64,000 bases of DNA from Prochlorococcus sp. AG-679-M23 (lineage in GTDB: Bacteria; Cyanobacteriota; Cyanobacteriia; PCC-6307; Cyanobiaceae). The stretch lies in NCBI GenBank assembly GCA_003208875.1, contig QCUR01000002.1:224001-288000 (forward strand), given 5' to 3'. The position numbers were made by a program, and so were the translations under genes. This document shows positions 9,998-22,211 of this stretch, one piece after another; position 1 is the first letter of the stretch, and every line of letters starts with the position of its first letter. The notes below the pieces were generated by a model that did no database searches, was not told where the DNA came from, and worked only from the letters and a program-made list of their open reading frames with translations.

Positions 9998-11545
9998 TTA
10001 GATTTTTTTGATTAATTTCCAAGGAAATATAACTTCATTCTCATAAATAATTTTAAAGGAGTTATCTTTTTTTTGATCTTCTTTTGGCAAGATGGACCAA
10101 GCAAGTTCTGATGTTTTTAAACTTTTGATGCTCTCGATACCGGCTCCTAAATTTGGTGTTAAAAGAGCAATTCTAATGATTTTTGATTGTGAATCAGTAT
10201 TTATAAAGCTGCTCTTATCAACTTTAATTATTCGACTATTGATTGTTTTCAAAGAAGAGATATTTTCCATAGTCTCTCTTAATTCTCTCGATCTATCCGT
10301 AAAAAGACCTGATTGCAAAAAACAGGATGTCATTAAATAGGGTCCAACAATTAATATAGATATCAATGTTGATGTACTTTGAGAATTTTTGATGAAATTC
10401 CAAGCTAATGCAAATAGTAATAATCCTCCAATTAAAAATGTATTCTCTTTGATATTAAAATTCATGTTAGCTTTGAATACGAAAATATAGATAAAGATTA
10501 CTGAGACCACGAATAATGGAATGATTCTTGAAGATATAAAAATAAAAATAAATTTAAATCTTTTTTCTTCTATTAAATAATTGATACCTATAAAAGCATT
10601 TAAGGATATTATTGAAGAGATTTGTAAAGGATAGTAAGGTGTTTTTGTAGAAAAACTACTTATCAAGATTATTAAAATTAAAGGGAAATAAAATAAAATA
10701 AAACTTTGAGAATTTTTACTTTTTAAACCATGAACTAACCCAATAATGGAAAATATGCTCCATGGGAGGAAAGTTACTGGTATATTCCACAAATAGTAGT
10801 AAAAAGGATTTGTAAATGTATTTTCTATAGATAAATTATTAAATTTATCTAAAAGGTGAAAAATAATATTTTTATCAAGAAATGTATTTATAGATGTTGT
10901 CCACAAAATGAATGGAGTAAAACCACTTATTAATCCAAGCCAAAAATATTTTGAGGTAAAAATAAATTTTTTTTTAATCAAATATGGTAGTAATGATATT
11001 ATTGGTATCGCGACGAGAAAAGTCTTCATCATAAAAGCTAAACCTATCCAAATCCCAAAAAGAGAGATATAAACTAATTCTTTTTTACTTTTTGTTTTTA
11101 CAATCGAAAATATTCCAAAAGTCACTAGACAGCTGTAAATTAGATCTTGAGTAGCTAAGTGAGAATAATCAAACCACAAAAAAGTTGTTGAAAGAATAAG
11201 TGGTGATGCTATTGCAAACTTTTTACCTATTAATTCTTCATGTAATTTATAGGTTAGTATTAACATCACTATTGATGAAATAGTTGTTGGTAAATAGGCT
11301 GCGAATAAATTTTCCCCAAATATTTCTTGTGATTTGGCAATTAGAAATTGTATACCTATTGTTCTATCTAAATTAAAATCTCCCCACCATAATGGAATTG
11401 TCCAATTTCCTTTTTCTAATATCCATCTAGCCTGTAAAGCATAGAATCCCTCATCATAAGCTAAGTAACTTCTTTTACCAAAGTAGAAAATTAATGGAAA
11501 AAATATAAATAATTTTAAAAACAATTTGAAATTAATTTTCCACAT
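9998..11545 (-). CDS. ArnT/PMT-like (GT-C fold) integral membrane glycosyltransferase
   Basis: AYDEGFYALQARWIL, many TM helices, AFMMK, PFYYYL...FLPWS, TKTPYY motifs. Confidence 0.88.
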   Translation of the reverse strand: MWKINFKLFLKLFIFFPLIFYFGKRSYLAYDEGFYALQARWILEKGNWTIPLWWGDFNLDRTIGIQFLIAKSQEIFGENLFAAYLPTTISSIVMLILTYKLHEELIGKKFAIASPLILSTTFLWFDYSHLATQDLIYSCLVTFGIFSIVKTKSKKELVYISLFGIWIGLAFMMKTFLVAIPIISLLPYLIKKKFIFTSKYFWLGLISGFTPFILWTTSINTFLDKNIIFHLLDKFNNLSIENTFTNPFYYYLWNIPVTFLPWSIFSIIGLVHGLKSKNSQSFILFYFPLILIILISSFSTKTPYYPLQISSIISLNAFIGINYLIEEKRFKFIFIFISSRIIPLFVVSVIFIYIFVFKANMNFNIKENTFLIGGLLLFALAWNFIKNSQSTSTLISILIVGPYLMTSCFLQSGLFTDRSRELRETMENISSLKTINSRIIKVDKSSFINTDSQSKIIRIALLTPNLGAGIESIKSLKTSELAWSILPKEDQKKDNSFKIIYENEVIFPWKLIKKI

Positions 11546-11572
11546 ATAAAAGTTTGTCTTGTTTTAGATAAA

Positions 11573-11643
11573 TGGAGATAGTTTGAATTGAACAAATGAC
11601 CTAATGTTTACGAAACAGTTGCTGTTCCACCAACTATGTCGGC
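11573..11643 (-). pseudogene. Degenerate tRNA-Thr(CGT) relic
   Basis: Minus strand reads GCCGACATAGTTGGTGGAACAGCA ACTGT TTCGTAA ACATT AGGTC ATTTG TTCAATT CAAAC TATCT CCA. It has an anticodon loop with CGT, variable loop AGGTC, T-loop TTCAATT and terminal CCA, but the acceptor stem and D arm are broken. Confidence 0.75.
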
Positions 11644-11697
11644 GATATTAAATTTTAGTTTTTTCATATAGACTTAATTCTATATTTTAAAGAATTA

Positions 11698-11937
11698 ATG
11701 TCAAAAATTGACCCTGAATTAAAAAAAAAGTTACTAAAGGAGACTCAAGCTCCATTCAAAGGTTTAAGGAGAATATTATGGATTGCCTTCTCTGGTTCTG
11801 CTTTTTTAGGTCTTCTAATAATGGTTTCTAAAATTGCTGCTGGAAATGAAATACAGCAAAATAATCTTTTGATACAACTAGCAGCTTGTGCATTATTTTC
11901 TATCTTATTTTTCCTCGATAGAAATAAGGAAGATTAA
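11698..11937 (+). CDS. DUF3493 family small membrane protein
   Basis: LLKETQAPFKGLRR followed by two hydrophobic helices. Confidence 0.75.
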   Translation: MSKIDPELKKKLLKETQAPFKGLRRILWIAFSGSAFLGLLIMVSKIAAGNEIQQNNLLIQLAACALFSILFFLDRNKED

Positions 11938-11941
11938 GTTT

Positions 11942-14900
11942 TTATTTATTTAGAGTCCTTTTTTTTGTTACAAATTTAAATGCCTCAATGATATCTCCTT
12001 CACTCCAAGTTGAGAATTTATCACATCCAACTCCACATTCGAAACCAGTATTAACTTCTTTTACATCATCTTTCGATCTTTTTAAAGAATCCAAATTACC
12101 TTCAAATATTACTTTATCAGATCTGAGTACTCTTAAAGAACAATTTCTTTGAAGCTTACCACTTTTTATGTAGCATCCAGCAATTGCTCCTTTCCCAACC
12201 GCAAATGTTGCTCTTACTTCAGCTTGACCTAAAGATTCCTCAACCAAATCAGGTTCAAGTAATCCTTCCATAGCAGATTGAATATCTTCTAGAAGTTTAT
12301 AAATGACTTCATACTCTCGTATATCAACATCATTTGCGTCGGCTGCTCTTTTAGCTCCAGAGGCTAATGATGTGTTGAAGCCTATTATTACTGAGCCAGA
12401 GGCAGCAGCAAGATCTATGTCAGTCTCAGTTATTTCTCCAGGCGCGGAGAGTAGGACTCTCACTTGAACCTCATTCTTTGGTAGTTGTTCTAATGAACCT
12501 AATATAGCTTCTACACTACCTTGGACATCTGCTTTTAGAATTAAATTTAATTCTTTAAGTTCTCCATCATTTGCTTGAGTAGATAAAGATGATAAGCTTA
12601 CCCTTCTTGATGCCATTTGCTGGGCTAATTTTGTTGCTCTCGCATCAGTCGCTCTATCTCCAACAATTGCTCTAGCAGATTTCTCATCAGGATAAACTTC
12701 AAATTCATCACCAGCTGTTGGGACTTCGCTAAATCCAAGAGCTTCCACTGGACATGAAGGCCCCGCCTCCTTAATTCTATTACCATGTTCATCGACCATG
12801 GCTCTAATTTTTCCAAGGACTGAACCTGCAGCTAAAACATCACCAGCTTTTAATGTGCCATTTTGTACTAATAAAGTTGCAACAGGACCTTTAGCTTTAT
12901 CTAAATGGGCTTCAATAACTGTCCCTTTAGCTAATCTTTCAGGGTTTGCTTGGAGATCTTCAACTTCAGAAACCAACAAGATCATCTCGAGTAATTTATC
13001 AATATTTTGTTTTTTGATTGCACTAACTGGAACCATAACAACGTCCCCACCCCAGTCTTCGGCGATTAGATCTTTTTCTGATAATTCCTGTTTAACTCTA
13101 TCTGGAGAAGCACCTTCTTTATCAATTTTATTTATAGCTACCACTATTGGTACTTTTGCTGCTCTTGCGTGACTAATGGCTTCTAGTGTTTGAGGTCTGC
13201 ACCCATCATCAGCAGCTACTACAAGTACCGCTACGTCTGTAACTTTCGTACCTCTTGCACGCATGGCGGTAAATGCTTCATGGCCCGGAGTATCAAGAAA
13301 AGTTAGCTTTTTCTTTTTTGATTCGTGCTCAAATTCAACTTGATAAGCCCCGATATGTTGAGTTATTCCACCTGCTTCTCCAGAGGCTACTCTAGATTCT
13401 CTTATGGAATCTAAAAGACTTGTTTTACCATGGTCAACATGACCCATTACTGTAATAACTGGAGGCCTTTTAATAAGACTTTCAATATCATCTGTTTCAA
13501 TCATATCTACAGTTTTCTTTGCAGCCTCTTCAACATCATCTTGTAGAACAGGGACTCCAAATTCCTCAGCCACTGTTTCAATAGTTGCCAAGTCAAGTGA
13601 TTGAGTAACTGTCGCTGTAATCCCTTTAAAGAATAGAGATTTAATTATTTCAGAACTTTCAAGACTAAGCTTATCGGCTAATTCTTGCACAGTTAAATTA
13701 TCTTCCGGTATTATTATCATTTCAGGTCTTACTTGTTTTGCATCTTTCGCTGCCCTTAGTTCCATAGCTCTTCTCTTTTGTCTTTGCCTAGTAGTCTCTT
13801 TTTTCTTTTTCTTGAATTGTCTTGAGGGTTTTTGTGATTTGATCTCTTCAGATTTTTCTTTTTTTGGACGAGCCAAACTAGCTGATAATATTGAAACTTT
13901 CTCTCCAGAGTAGCCGCTGGTCTCAGAGGTTAATGAATCATCATTTTCGCCAATAATATGGACTTTTTGTCTTTGTTTTTGTGGGTTTTTATTTCTTAAT
14001 GCTTCTAACTTAGCACTATCGTCCCAATCTGATCTGCCAGGCTTCTTAGAGTTGCTTGTAAATGATCTATGAGGTGGTTTCTTAGCTGCTGGAGATGCAT
14101 TTAAACGACTATTAGGTGCTTTAGCCTTCTGATTGATTACCTCTATTTTTTGTTTATTTACATTAGGAGTATTTGGTTTTTCTTTATTTGACGCATTAGT
14201 TTTCTGTAGCTGCATCAATTCGTTTGGTGCTACTGGCTTTCTTATTCCGGAGGGACTTTGATTACTTAGTTTCGAACCGCCCCTATTGAAATCTCCCTGT
14301 CTATATGGCCCGCCTTGTCTATTTGGAACACCTTGTCTATTCTGCCCCCCTGGTCTATTAGGAGCACCTTGTCTATAAGCTCCGCCTTGTCTATTTGGAG
14401 ATCCTGGCCTGTAAGGACCGCCTTGTCTATTTGGAACACCTTGTCTATCCTGCTCCTGCCTCCCTGGCCTACTTGGAGTACCCTCTCTATAAGAACTACC
14501 TGGCCTGTTTGGAACATTTTGGCGGCTTGGCCTATTGGAATTTGCTTGTCTATTAGGAATACCTCCCCTATTTGCAGAAATTGGTGTATTAGATGAGAGT
14601 TGCCTGCTATTAGTATTTGGTCTGTTTGAATTGATTTTAGGATCTTCCCTTCTAATAGGGGCGCCTACTAGTTCAGGTGTATTTTTTACATTAGGACTAT
14701 TTAAATTCTTTTTAGGAAAATTATTATTATCAATTTTATTTGATAATTGAGCCCTTTGATTAACTGAGTTATTTATTTTGTTTGCGTTTATATTCCTATT
14801 GGAATTTGCTAAATTTTTTGGTTTTTCAATTAATTGAATAGGCGGTCTTGCAGTAGTTTTTATTGGAGATATAGAAGAATTTTTTAAAGGCTTTTTGTCT

Positions 14901-15427
14901 TGTATAACTTTTGAGTCTTTTCTATCTTTTAGATTTGGAGTTGTTTTTATTGTGTTATTGGTTTTATTTTGAGTTTTTGAAAGTTCTTGAGATTTGAGGT
15001 TAGAGACAATAGTAGGGGGATTTGGATTTTTAAAATTATTTAAATTTCTTTTATTTGAGCTTACTAGTGAATTTGCTTGTTTATTAATAGGCTTGATTAA
15101 AAGAGGTTTTTTATTTAAACCGTCTTTTGATAAATTCTCTGGATGCAAGTTACTTGATAAGGTTTTATTGTTTTTGTTTTCATTATCATTATTTTTTGGT
15201 TTTTCGGTTTTTGCTTTAAATGTAGATTTACTTACGGAAAGAATTTTCTTTCCCGGATTTTTGTTATTTATAAGATTTTTTATTTTTTTTGCATCTTCTA
15301 AGGTTATTGAACTGCTGTGACTTTTGACTGATATTGAAAGTTTTTGAGCAGCATCCAATATATCTTTATTTTCCAGTTTTAGATCTCTGGAAAGTTCATA
15401 AACTCTGATTTTATCGCTGATAGTCAT
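11942..15427 (-). CDS. infB: Translation initiation factor IF-2
   Basis: [11 protein letters not shown]-domain; [16 protein letters not shown] and NKID GTPase motifs. Confidence 0.98.
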   Translation of the reverse strand: MTISDKIRVYELSRDLKLENKDILDAAQKLSISVKSHSSSITLEDAKKIKNLINNKNPGKKILSVSKSTFKAKTEKPKNNDNENKNNKTLSSNLHPENLSKDGLNKKPLLIKPINKQANSLVSSNKRNLNNFKNPNPPTIVSNLKSQELSKTQNKTNNTIKTTPNLKDRKDSKVIQDKKPLKNSSISPIKTTARPPIQLIEKPKNLANSNRNINANKINNSVNQRAQLSNKIDNNNFPKKNLNSPNVKNTPELVGAPIRREDPKINSNRPNTNSRQLSSNTPISANRGGIPNRQANSNRPSRQNVPNRPGSSYREGTPSRPGRQEQDRQGVPNRQGGPYRPGSPNRQGGAYRQGAPNRPGGQNRQGVPNRQGGPYRQGDFNRGGSKLSNQSPSGIRKPVAPNELMQLQKTNASNKEKPNTPNVNKQKIEVINQKAKAPNSRLNASPAAKKPPHRSFTSNSKKPGRSDWDDSAKLEALRNKNPQKQRQKVHIIGENDDSLTSETSGYSGEKVSILSASLARPKKEKSEEIKSQKPSRQFKKKKKETTRQRQKRRAMELRAAKDAKQVRPEMIIIPEDNLTVQELADKLSLESSEIIKSLFFKGITATVTQSLDLATIETVAEEFGVPVLQDDVEEAAKKTVDMIETDDIESLIKRPPVITVMGHVDHGKTSLLDSIRESRVASGEAGGITQHIGAYQVEFEHESKKKKLTFLDTPGHEAFTAMRARGTKVTDVAVLVVAADDGCRPQTLEAISHARAAKVPIVVAINKIDKEGASPDRVKQELSEKDLIAEDWGGDVVMVPVSAIKKQNIDKLLEMILLVSEVEDLQANPERLAKGTVIEAHLDKAKGPVATLLVQNGTLKAGDVLAAGSVLGKIRAMVDEHGNRIKEAGPSCPVEALGFSEVPTAGDEFEVYPDEKSARAIVGDRATDARATKLAQQMASRRVSLSSLSTQANDGELKELNLILKADVQGSVEAILGSLEQLPKNEVQVRVLLSAPGEITETDIDLAAASGSVIIGFNTSLASGAKRAADANDVDIREYEVIYKLLEDIQSAMEGLLEPDLVEESLGQAEVRATFAVGKGAIAGCYIKSGKLQRNCSLRVLRSDKVIFEGNLDSLKRSKDDVKEVNTGFECGVGCDKFSTWSEGDIIEAFKFVTKKRTLNK
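14272..14575 (-). repeat. Imperfect 18-nt (6-aa) tandem repeat inside infB
   Basis: Protein units [30 protein letters not shown]; identical 31-mer ccgccttgtctatttggaacaccttgtctat at 14310-14340 and 14418-14448. Confidence 0.9.
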
Positions 15428-15498
15428 TTAATCTGAATGTTACTCTTTTTTAGAAATTTTGGAGAATATAATTTTAATTATATGCCCTTTTGGGATAG

Positions 15499-15759
15499 TT
15501 ATTTATAGTTTGCAATTTCCCTTTCAAAAATATCAATAAATTCAGGATTTAAAATGCCTTTTAAAGCTTTTTGAAGCTTTTTTTTAAGTTTAGAATCTGT
15601 GTAACACTTTTTTGACTTACAAATGTAAGCAGAACGACCCATACCTTGGTTAAGCATTATTCCTAACTTATGATCATTAGTAATCTTTAAAAGATTATTT
15701 CTATCAAAAGTTGTCCTGCAAGAAATGCACTTACGCATAACAGGAGATTTCAGTGTCAC
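15499..15759 (-). CDS. ylxR: YlxR/RnpM (DUF448) family RNA-binding protein
   Basis: RKCISCR, GRSAYIC; lies between nusA and infB with a GTGA overlap with nusA. Confidence 0.9.
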   Translation of the reverse strand: MTLKSPVMRKCISCRTTFDRNNLLKITNDHKLGIMLNQGMGRSAYICKSKKCYTDSKLKKKLQKALKGILNPEFIDIFEREIANYK

Positions 15760-17159
15760 CGTGTGTTCTCCTCTTTAGACAATAGTTCCTCTTGTTTCAA
15801 GTTTTCTGTTTGGTCGTTTTCTGAAAGAGTTTCTTCATCGTATCGTTCATCTCCATATTCTTCATCATCTTCAGGCAAAGGGTAAAGTTCCCTTAGTCTT
15901 TTATCTTCTGCAGCTCTTTCTGCTTGCTCAGCCTCCAATCTCTGTTCAGCTTCTCTTTGAAGATTCTCTTCTTCCTCCCTTTGAACAATTAATTCTGCTA
16001 CTGCAGAGTCTTCAGTCTCCTGATCATATTCATGGGAGTTTTTAACGTCTATTTTCCAGCCTGTTAACCTAGCAGCAAGACGAACATTTTGACCTTCTCT
16101 TCCTATGGCAAGACTTAATTGATCAGGGGGAACTAAAACATGAGCATGTTGTCCTTCTGGATCAACAAGTCTGACAAGGTCAACTTTTGCTGGACTCAAA
16201 GAATTTAGTATGTATTGAATAGGGTCAGATGACCACTTTATAACATCTATTTTTTCTCCCCTTAATTCATTAACTACTTGTTGAATCCTTGCTCCTCTTG
16301 CTCCAATGCAAGCTCCGACTGGATCAACTTCTCTTTCAATACTATCTACGGCGACTTTAGTCCTTGGCCCAACAGCTCTCGAAGGAGGATTTGCTTCTCT
16401 TGAGACAGCAACAATTTTGACTGTGCCTTCTTGAATTTCTGGGACTTCATTTTCGAATAAATAAACCACTAGACCAGCATTAGCTCTACTTACAAAAAGT
16501 TGAGGACCTTTTCTAGCTACTTCGCTAACTTCTTTAAGAAAAACTTTGAATGTAGCATTAGCTCTATAATTGTCATTAGGTAATTGATCCCTTTTAGGAA
16601 GTTCTGCTTCTACTTCTGGCCTACCGATTCCTGAGCTAACCCCCATAATTACTGACTGTCTCTCAAATCTAATAACTCTTGCAGTTAAAACAGGATCTTC
16701 CAAATCTGCGAATTCTTCCTGAATCATTTTCCTTTGTTGGTCTCTCAACTTTTGAGCCAATACTTGCTTCGTTGTTGAGGCTGCCATTCTACCAAAATCC
16801 TCTTTTTCGGGAGTGACATCTAAAACGACGGTATCACCTATTTGAGCATCATCAGCAACTTGTTTAACTTCTTGAAGAGATATTTGATGATCTTCGCTTT
16901 CAACATCTTCAACAATAATTTTACTCGATAAAATTCGATAACCCTCTTCTTCTAGATCGAATCCTACATCAAAATTACTAAAATATTCTTCATCAAATGG
17001 ATCTTCTTTCACTCCAATGTAGAAAGTTTTTCGGTATTTTTCGTAACCTTTAAGTAAAGCTTCACGTAAAGCTGATTCCACAACGTGAGGAGGTAATTTT
17101 TTTTCCTCACTTATGTCTTCAATAAGATTGTTTAAACCTGGGAGAATTACTAATGCCAT
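15756..17159 (-). CDS. nusA: Transcription termination/antitermination factor NusA
   Basis: FGRMAA, VGACIGARGARI, SLAIGREGQNVRLAARLTGWKIDV. Confidence 0.97.
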   Translation of the reverse strand: MALVILPGLNNLIEDISEEKKLPPHVVESALREALLKGYEKYRKTFYIGVKEDPFDEEYFSNFDVGFDLEEEGYRILSSKIIVEDVESEDHQISLQEVKQVADDAQIGDTVVLDVTPEKEDFGRMAASTTKQVLAQKLRDQQRKMIQEEFADLEDPVLTARVIRFERQSVIMGVSSGIGRPEVEAELPKRDQLPNDNYRANATFKVFLKEVSEVARKGPQLFVSRANAGLVVYLFENEVPEIQEGTVKIVAVSREANPPSRAVGPRTKVAVDSIEREVDPVGACIGARGARIQQVVNELRGEKIDVIKWSSDPIQYILNSLSPAKVDLVRLVDPEGQHAHVLVPPDQLSLAIGREGQNVRLAARLTGWKIDVKNSHEYDQETEDSAVAELIVQREEEENLQREAEQRLEAEQAERAAEDKRLRELYPLPEDDEEYGDERYDEETLSENDQTENLKQEELLSKEENTR

Positions 17160-17195
17160 CTATGATGGGTAAAATGAATAAGAGTTGATAATTAA

Positions 17196-17699
17196 TTAGT
17201 CTTTAAAAGTGCAAAGACTAACCTTTAATACTTCATTAAAGGGAATTTTTTTAATCTTACCTTTAATGTTAATGGCTAAATAATCTTTAGACTTTTCATA
17301 AAGTAAACCGTTCAAAAATTTTATTTGAGAATTTTTTTGGTTTAACTCAACATTAACTGGAAAACCTTTAAAAGTTTTGAAGTCTCTTTCTGAGGTTAAT
17401 TCATCACTGACACCTTGACTACTAATTTCTAAAACATATGAACAATTTAAAAGATTTGAATTCTCAATCACACTATTAGCTGGGTTATTGAATCTTGAAC
17501 AGTCATCTAAAGTAATATCATCATTATTGGTTCTGCAAATAACAATTTTTATAATAATGGGATTTTGATTTGTCAGTATATCTAAACTATGTATCTTTAG
17601 GTTGAATTCTTTAGCAACTCCTTGAAGAATACTTTCTAAGTTGCTTTTACATTCCTTATCCAATTTTAAGTTTTTGTTTTGATAATTGATTATTTTCAC
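17196..17699 (-). CDS. rimP: Ribosome maturation factor RimP (start uncertain)
   Basis: [26 protein letters not shown]; first gene of rimP-nusA-ylxR-infB. Confidence 0.9.
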   Translation of the reverse strand: MKIINYQNKNLKLDKECKSNLESILQGVAKEFNLKIHSLDILTNQNPIIIKIVICRTNNDDITLDDCSRFNNPANSVIENSNLLNCSYVLEISSQGVSDELTSERDFKTFKGFPVNVELNQKNSQIKFLNGLLYEKSKDYLAINIKGKIKKIPFNEVLKVSLCTFKD

Positions 17700-17797
17700 A
17701 TATCAAAAAGTTGTTTTGAAAATAAGCTTTTGTTATGTGTATTTTATGGATGTTAACAAAAAAACTACACTAGGAATTTTATTCAATTAAATTCTGA

Positions 17798-18952
<1,155 letters not shown>

Positions 18953-18999
18953 AGCTTCTGTTGAAATTTAATAATCTATAAACTTTAGTTCAAAACATT

Positions 19000-19713
19000 T
19001 TGGATTTACAAACTCAGATGAAACAAATAGTTGCTGATGCAGCTGTTAAAGAAGTAGAAGATGGAATGATCTTGGGTTTAGGATCTGGATCAACAGCTGC
19101 ACTGATGATAAAAAGTCTTGCTGAACAAATTAGATCAGGCAAATTAAAAAATATTAAAGGAGTTCCAACTTCCTTTCAATCAGAGGTGCTTGCATTAGAA
19201 CTTAATATCCCTTTAATTGATTTAGCTTCAGTTCCTTACATTGATTTAGCAATTGATGGAGCGGATGAAGTAGATCCTGATTTTCAACTCATCAAGGGTG
19301 GGGGAGCTTGCCATGTCCGAGAAAAATTGGTTGCATCTAAAGCAAATAAATTATTAATTGTTATTGATGAATCAAAGTTAGTGCAAAATTTAAACCAAGT
19401 TTTCCCTCTCCCTGTGGAGGTTATGCCTTCTGCGTGGAAGCAGGTGAAGGATATAATTTCAGAAATGAGTGGAGTTTCTAATTTAAGGATGGCAACAAAA
19501 AAAGCAGGCCCAGTTGTCACAGATCAAGGTAATTTGATTTTGGATGTTTTATTTGATGCTGGCATAAAAGATCCAAAAGATTTAGAAATGCGTATTAATA
19601 ATATTCCTGGAGTCTTGGAAAATGGATTATTTGTTGATTTAGCAGATAAGATTTTGGTGGGTAGAATTGAGGATGACGTTCCAGTATTATTTTCACCTTC
19701 GAGGAAAAGTTAA
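19000..19713 (+). CDS. rpiA: Ribose-5-phosphate isomerase A
   Basis: GLGSGST, DGADEVD, IKGGGA motifs. Confidence 0.97.
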   Translation: MDLQTQMKQIVADAAVKEVEDGMILGLGSGSTAALMIKSLAEQIRSGKLKNIKGVPTSFQSEVLALELNIPLIDLASVPYIDLAIDGADEVDPDFQLIKGGGACHVREKLVASKANKLLIVIDESKLVQNLNQVFPLPVEVMPSAWKQVKDIISEMSGVSNLRMATKKAGPVVTDQGNLILDVLFDAGIKDPKDLEMRINNIPGVLENGLFVDLADKILVGRIEDDVPVLFSPSRKS

Positions 19714-20996
19714 TCTTCAAATCTAATTTTTACTGAATTTGCATGACTATGTAAACCCTCACTATTTGCCAAATTTATAATATCCAAGCAGTTAATCTTT
19801 AAACTTTTTTCATTAAATTCAATTATTGAAGTATTCTTCATGAAGGTTTCAACTCCTAAGGAACCACTAAACCTCGCATTCCCACATGTTGGTAAAGTAT
19901 GGTTTGGCCCAGCTAAATAATCACCTACAGCCTCCGGGGTCCATTTCCCTAAAAATATCGCACCTGCATTCTCAATAGACTTGAGCGTCGTTTTTGGATC
20001 AATAGTAATTATTTCTAAATGTTCTGGGGCAAACTCATTACTTAGTTCAACACATGATTCTAAATTTTCGCAAATAGCAATTAATCCCCAATTCTTAATT
20101 GATTGAATGCAAATTTCTTTTCTGGGGTGATGCTCTATTTTCTTAAAGACTTCATCAAAAACTTCTTGAGCTTGATCATTTGATGTGGTCAACAGTATTG
20201 AGGAGGCTAATGGGTCGTGCTCGGCTTGTGCTAATAGATCTGATGCTATTTGAGAACTGTTAGCTGTTCTATCGGCAATGATTAAAATTTCACTTGGACC
20301 GGCTAAAGAATCAATTCCAGTAAATCCGTAAATTAACTTTTTAGCAGTGGTAACATAGATATTTCCAGGTCCCGAAATTACATCAACTTTATTTATTTGC
20401 TTTGTGCCAAATGCTAATGCGCCAATTGCCTGTGCTCCACCAATTCTAAACACTTTATCAACTCCTGATAAGTAAGCAGCAGCTAAAACAGTTGTATTTA
20501 TTTTCCCTTTTGTGTTTCCAGGAGAAACCATTGAAATTTCTTTAACTCCAGCTACTTTTGCAGGTATCGCATTCATTAAAACTGTACTTGGATATGCCGC
20601 TCTCCCTCCAGGTATATATAAACCAGCATTTTTTACAGGCATCCATCTTCTTTGGACGGAGTCACCATATTCTCCCTTTAAAGTAAATGATTCAGGGATT
20701 TCTTTTTCATGGAATTTTTTTATTCTTTGATAGGCAATTTCTAATGATTGTTTTAAATGCTGATCTGTCTCTTCCCAAGCAGTTTTTAAATCCCTAGTAC
20801 TTACTTGCATTGGTTTAGGATGGAATCCATCAAATTTTTTTGTATATTTTTCTACAGCTATATCTCCATGAAATTTCACATCTTGAAGAATATCTTCAAC
20901 AATTGAATTTATTTTTTTATTATCTCCAGAGGTTGTTCTTTGAGAAATTCTTCTCAACTCTTTGAGAGCTTTTTGTTTACTATTTATGATCTTCAT
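19710..20996 (-). CDS. hisD: Histidinol dehydrogenase
   Basis: [37 protein letters not shown]. Confidence 0.97.
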   Translation of the reverse strand: MKIINSKQKALKELRRISQRTTSGDNKKINSIVEDILQDVKFHGDIAVEKYTKKFDGFHPKPMQVSTRDLKTAWEETDQHLKQSLEIAYQRIKKFHEKEIPESFTLKGEYGDSVQRRWMPVKNAGLYIPGGRAAYPSTVLMNAIPAKVAGVKEISMVSPGNTKGKINTTVLAAAYLSGVDKVFRIGGAQAIGALAFGTKQINKVDVISGPGNIYVTTAKKLIYGFTGIDSLAGPSEILIIADRTANSSQIASDLLAQAEHDPLASSILLTTSNDQAQEVFDEVFKKIEHHPRKEICIQSIKNWGLIAICENLESCVELSNEFAPEHLEIITIDPKTTLKSIENAGAIFLGKWTPEAVGDYLAGPNHTLPTCGNARFSGSLGVETFMKNTSIIEFNEKSLKINCLDIINLANSEGLHSHANSVKIRFED

Positions 20997-21116
20997 ATTC
21001 TTAATACTTAATTTAAATTCAATTAAGTAATTACGTAACTCACTGATTTGAATTATATAATATTGATTAGTAGTCTATCTATTTGATACAATAAATCTAT
21101 ATTTAATCTTATTTCT

Positions 21117-21410
21117 GTGGCCAATAACAAATCAGCGAAAAAAAGAATTCAAGTTGCTGAAAGAAATCGTTTAGTGAATAAATCATATAAATCAACAGTA
21201 AGAACGCTAACAAAAAAAACATTAGCTAACTGTGAGAAATATAAGCAAGAACCTAATTCTAATAACAAAGATATAGTTCTTGTTAGTGTAAATGAAGCCT
21301 TCAGTCTTATCGATAAGGCAGTCAAAAAGAATGTTCTACATAAGAATAACGGTGCTAACAAAAAATCAAAAATCAATAAAATAGTTAAAGATTTTCTTAC
21401 AAGTAAGTAA
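21117..21410 (+). CDS. rpsT: 30S ribosomal protein S20
   Basis: MANNKSAKKRI...IDKAVKKNVLHKNNGANKKS. Confidence 0.97.
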   Translation: MANNKSAKKRIQVAERNRLVNKSYKSTVRTLTKKTLANCEKYKQEPNSNNKDIVLVSVNEAFSLIDKAVKKNVLHKNNGANKKSKINKIVKDFLTSK

Positions 21411-21416
21411 GTAAAA

Positions 21417-22211
21417 ATGACCAATATTGAATTAATTGATTCTCATTGTCATTTGATATTTGAAAATTTTGAAGAGGATCTTGAAGAAGTTGTTTCAAGG
21501 TGGCGTTCAATAGGAGTAAAAAAATTGCTCCATGCATGTTGTGAATTATCAGAAATTCCTAAATTGAAAAATATATCTCGAAGATTTGATGAATTGTATT
21601 ACTCAGTTGGTTTACATCCACTTGAAGCTAACAAATGGGAATGTAATTCAAAAACTATAATGAAAAATGCAGCCCAAGGTGATTCAAGAGTTGTTGCTAT
21701 TGGTGAATTAGGGTTAGATTTTTTTAAAAGTGAAAATACAAATAAACAAATAGATGCTCTTGTTCCACAAATGCATTTAGCCTGCGAACTTGACTTGCCC
21801 GTCATTATCCATTGTAGAGAAGCTGCAAATGAGATGATAAAAATATGTCAGGATTTAACCCAACAAGGTATATGTCCTAAAGGAGTTCTGCATTGTTGGA
21901 GTGGCACTCCAGATGAGATGAAGCAATTTTTAGATCTAGGATTTTATATAAGTTTTAGTGGGATAGTTACATTCCCAAAAGCATACGAAATTCATGAATG
22001 CGCAAGAATTGTTCCAGGTGATAGATATTTAATAGAAACAGACGCTCCCTTTTTAGCCCCTGTCCCATATCGAGGGAAAAGAAATGAACCAGCTTTTGTA
22101 GAAAGCGTAGCTAAGTCTATAGCCAGTTTAAGATCTTCAGACTTGAAAAATATTGCAGATGAGTCTTCTAGGAATGCTGAAGATTTGTTTAAGTTTGACT
22201 TGATAAATTAA
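21417..22211 (+). CDS. tatD: TatD family nuclease
   Basis: DSHCH, GLHP, AIGELGLD, IIHCR, LHCW, ETDAPFLAP. Confidence 0.93.
   Translation: MTNIELIDSHCHLIFENFEEDLEEVVSRWRSIGVKKLLHACCELSEIPKLKNISRRFDELYYSVGLHPLEANKWECNSKTIMKNAAQGDSRVVAIGELGLDFFKSENTNKQIDALVPQMHLACELDLPVIIHCREAANEMIKICQDLTQQGICPKGVLHCWSGTPDEMKQFLDLGFYISFSGIVTFPKAYEIHECARIVPGDRYLIETDAPFLAPVPYRGKRNEPAFVESVAKSIASLRSSDLKNIADESSRNAEDLFKFDLIN

Noticed and set aside
14266..14596. Alternative-frame ORFs 14266-14517 (-) and 14315-14596 (+) with repetitive peptides; possible CRISPR-like periodicity
   Set aside because: By-products of the in-frame 18-nt repeat in infB. There are no unique spacers and no cas genes.
17704..17732. Hairpin upstream of rimP (possible rimP leader)
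   Set aside because: Almost all A-T pairs, with a mismatch on the transcribed strand; too weak to call.
21027..21040. TTACGTAA palindrome / NtcA-like site between hisD and rpsT
   Set aside because: Spacing does not fit GTA-N8-TAC, and an 8-bp AT-rich palindrome is not significant.
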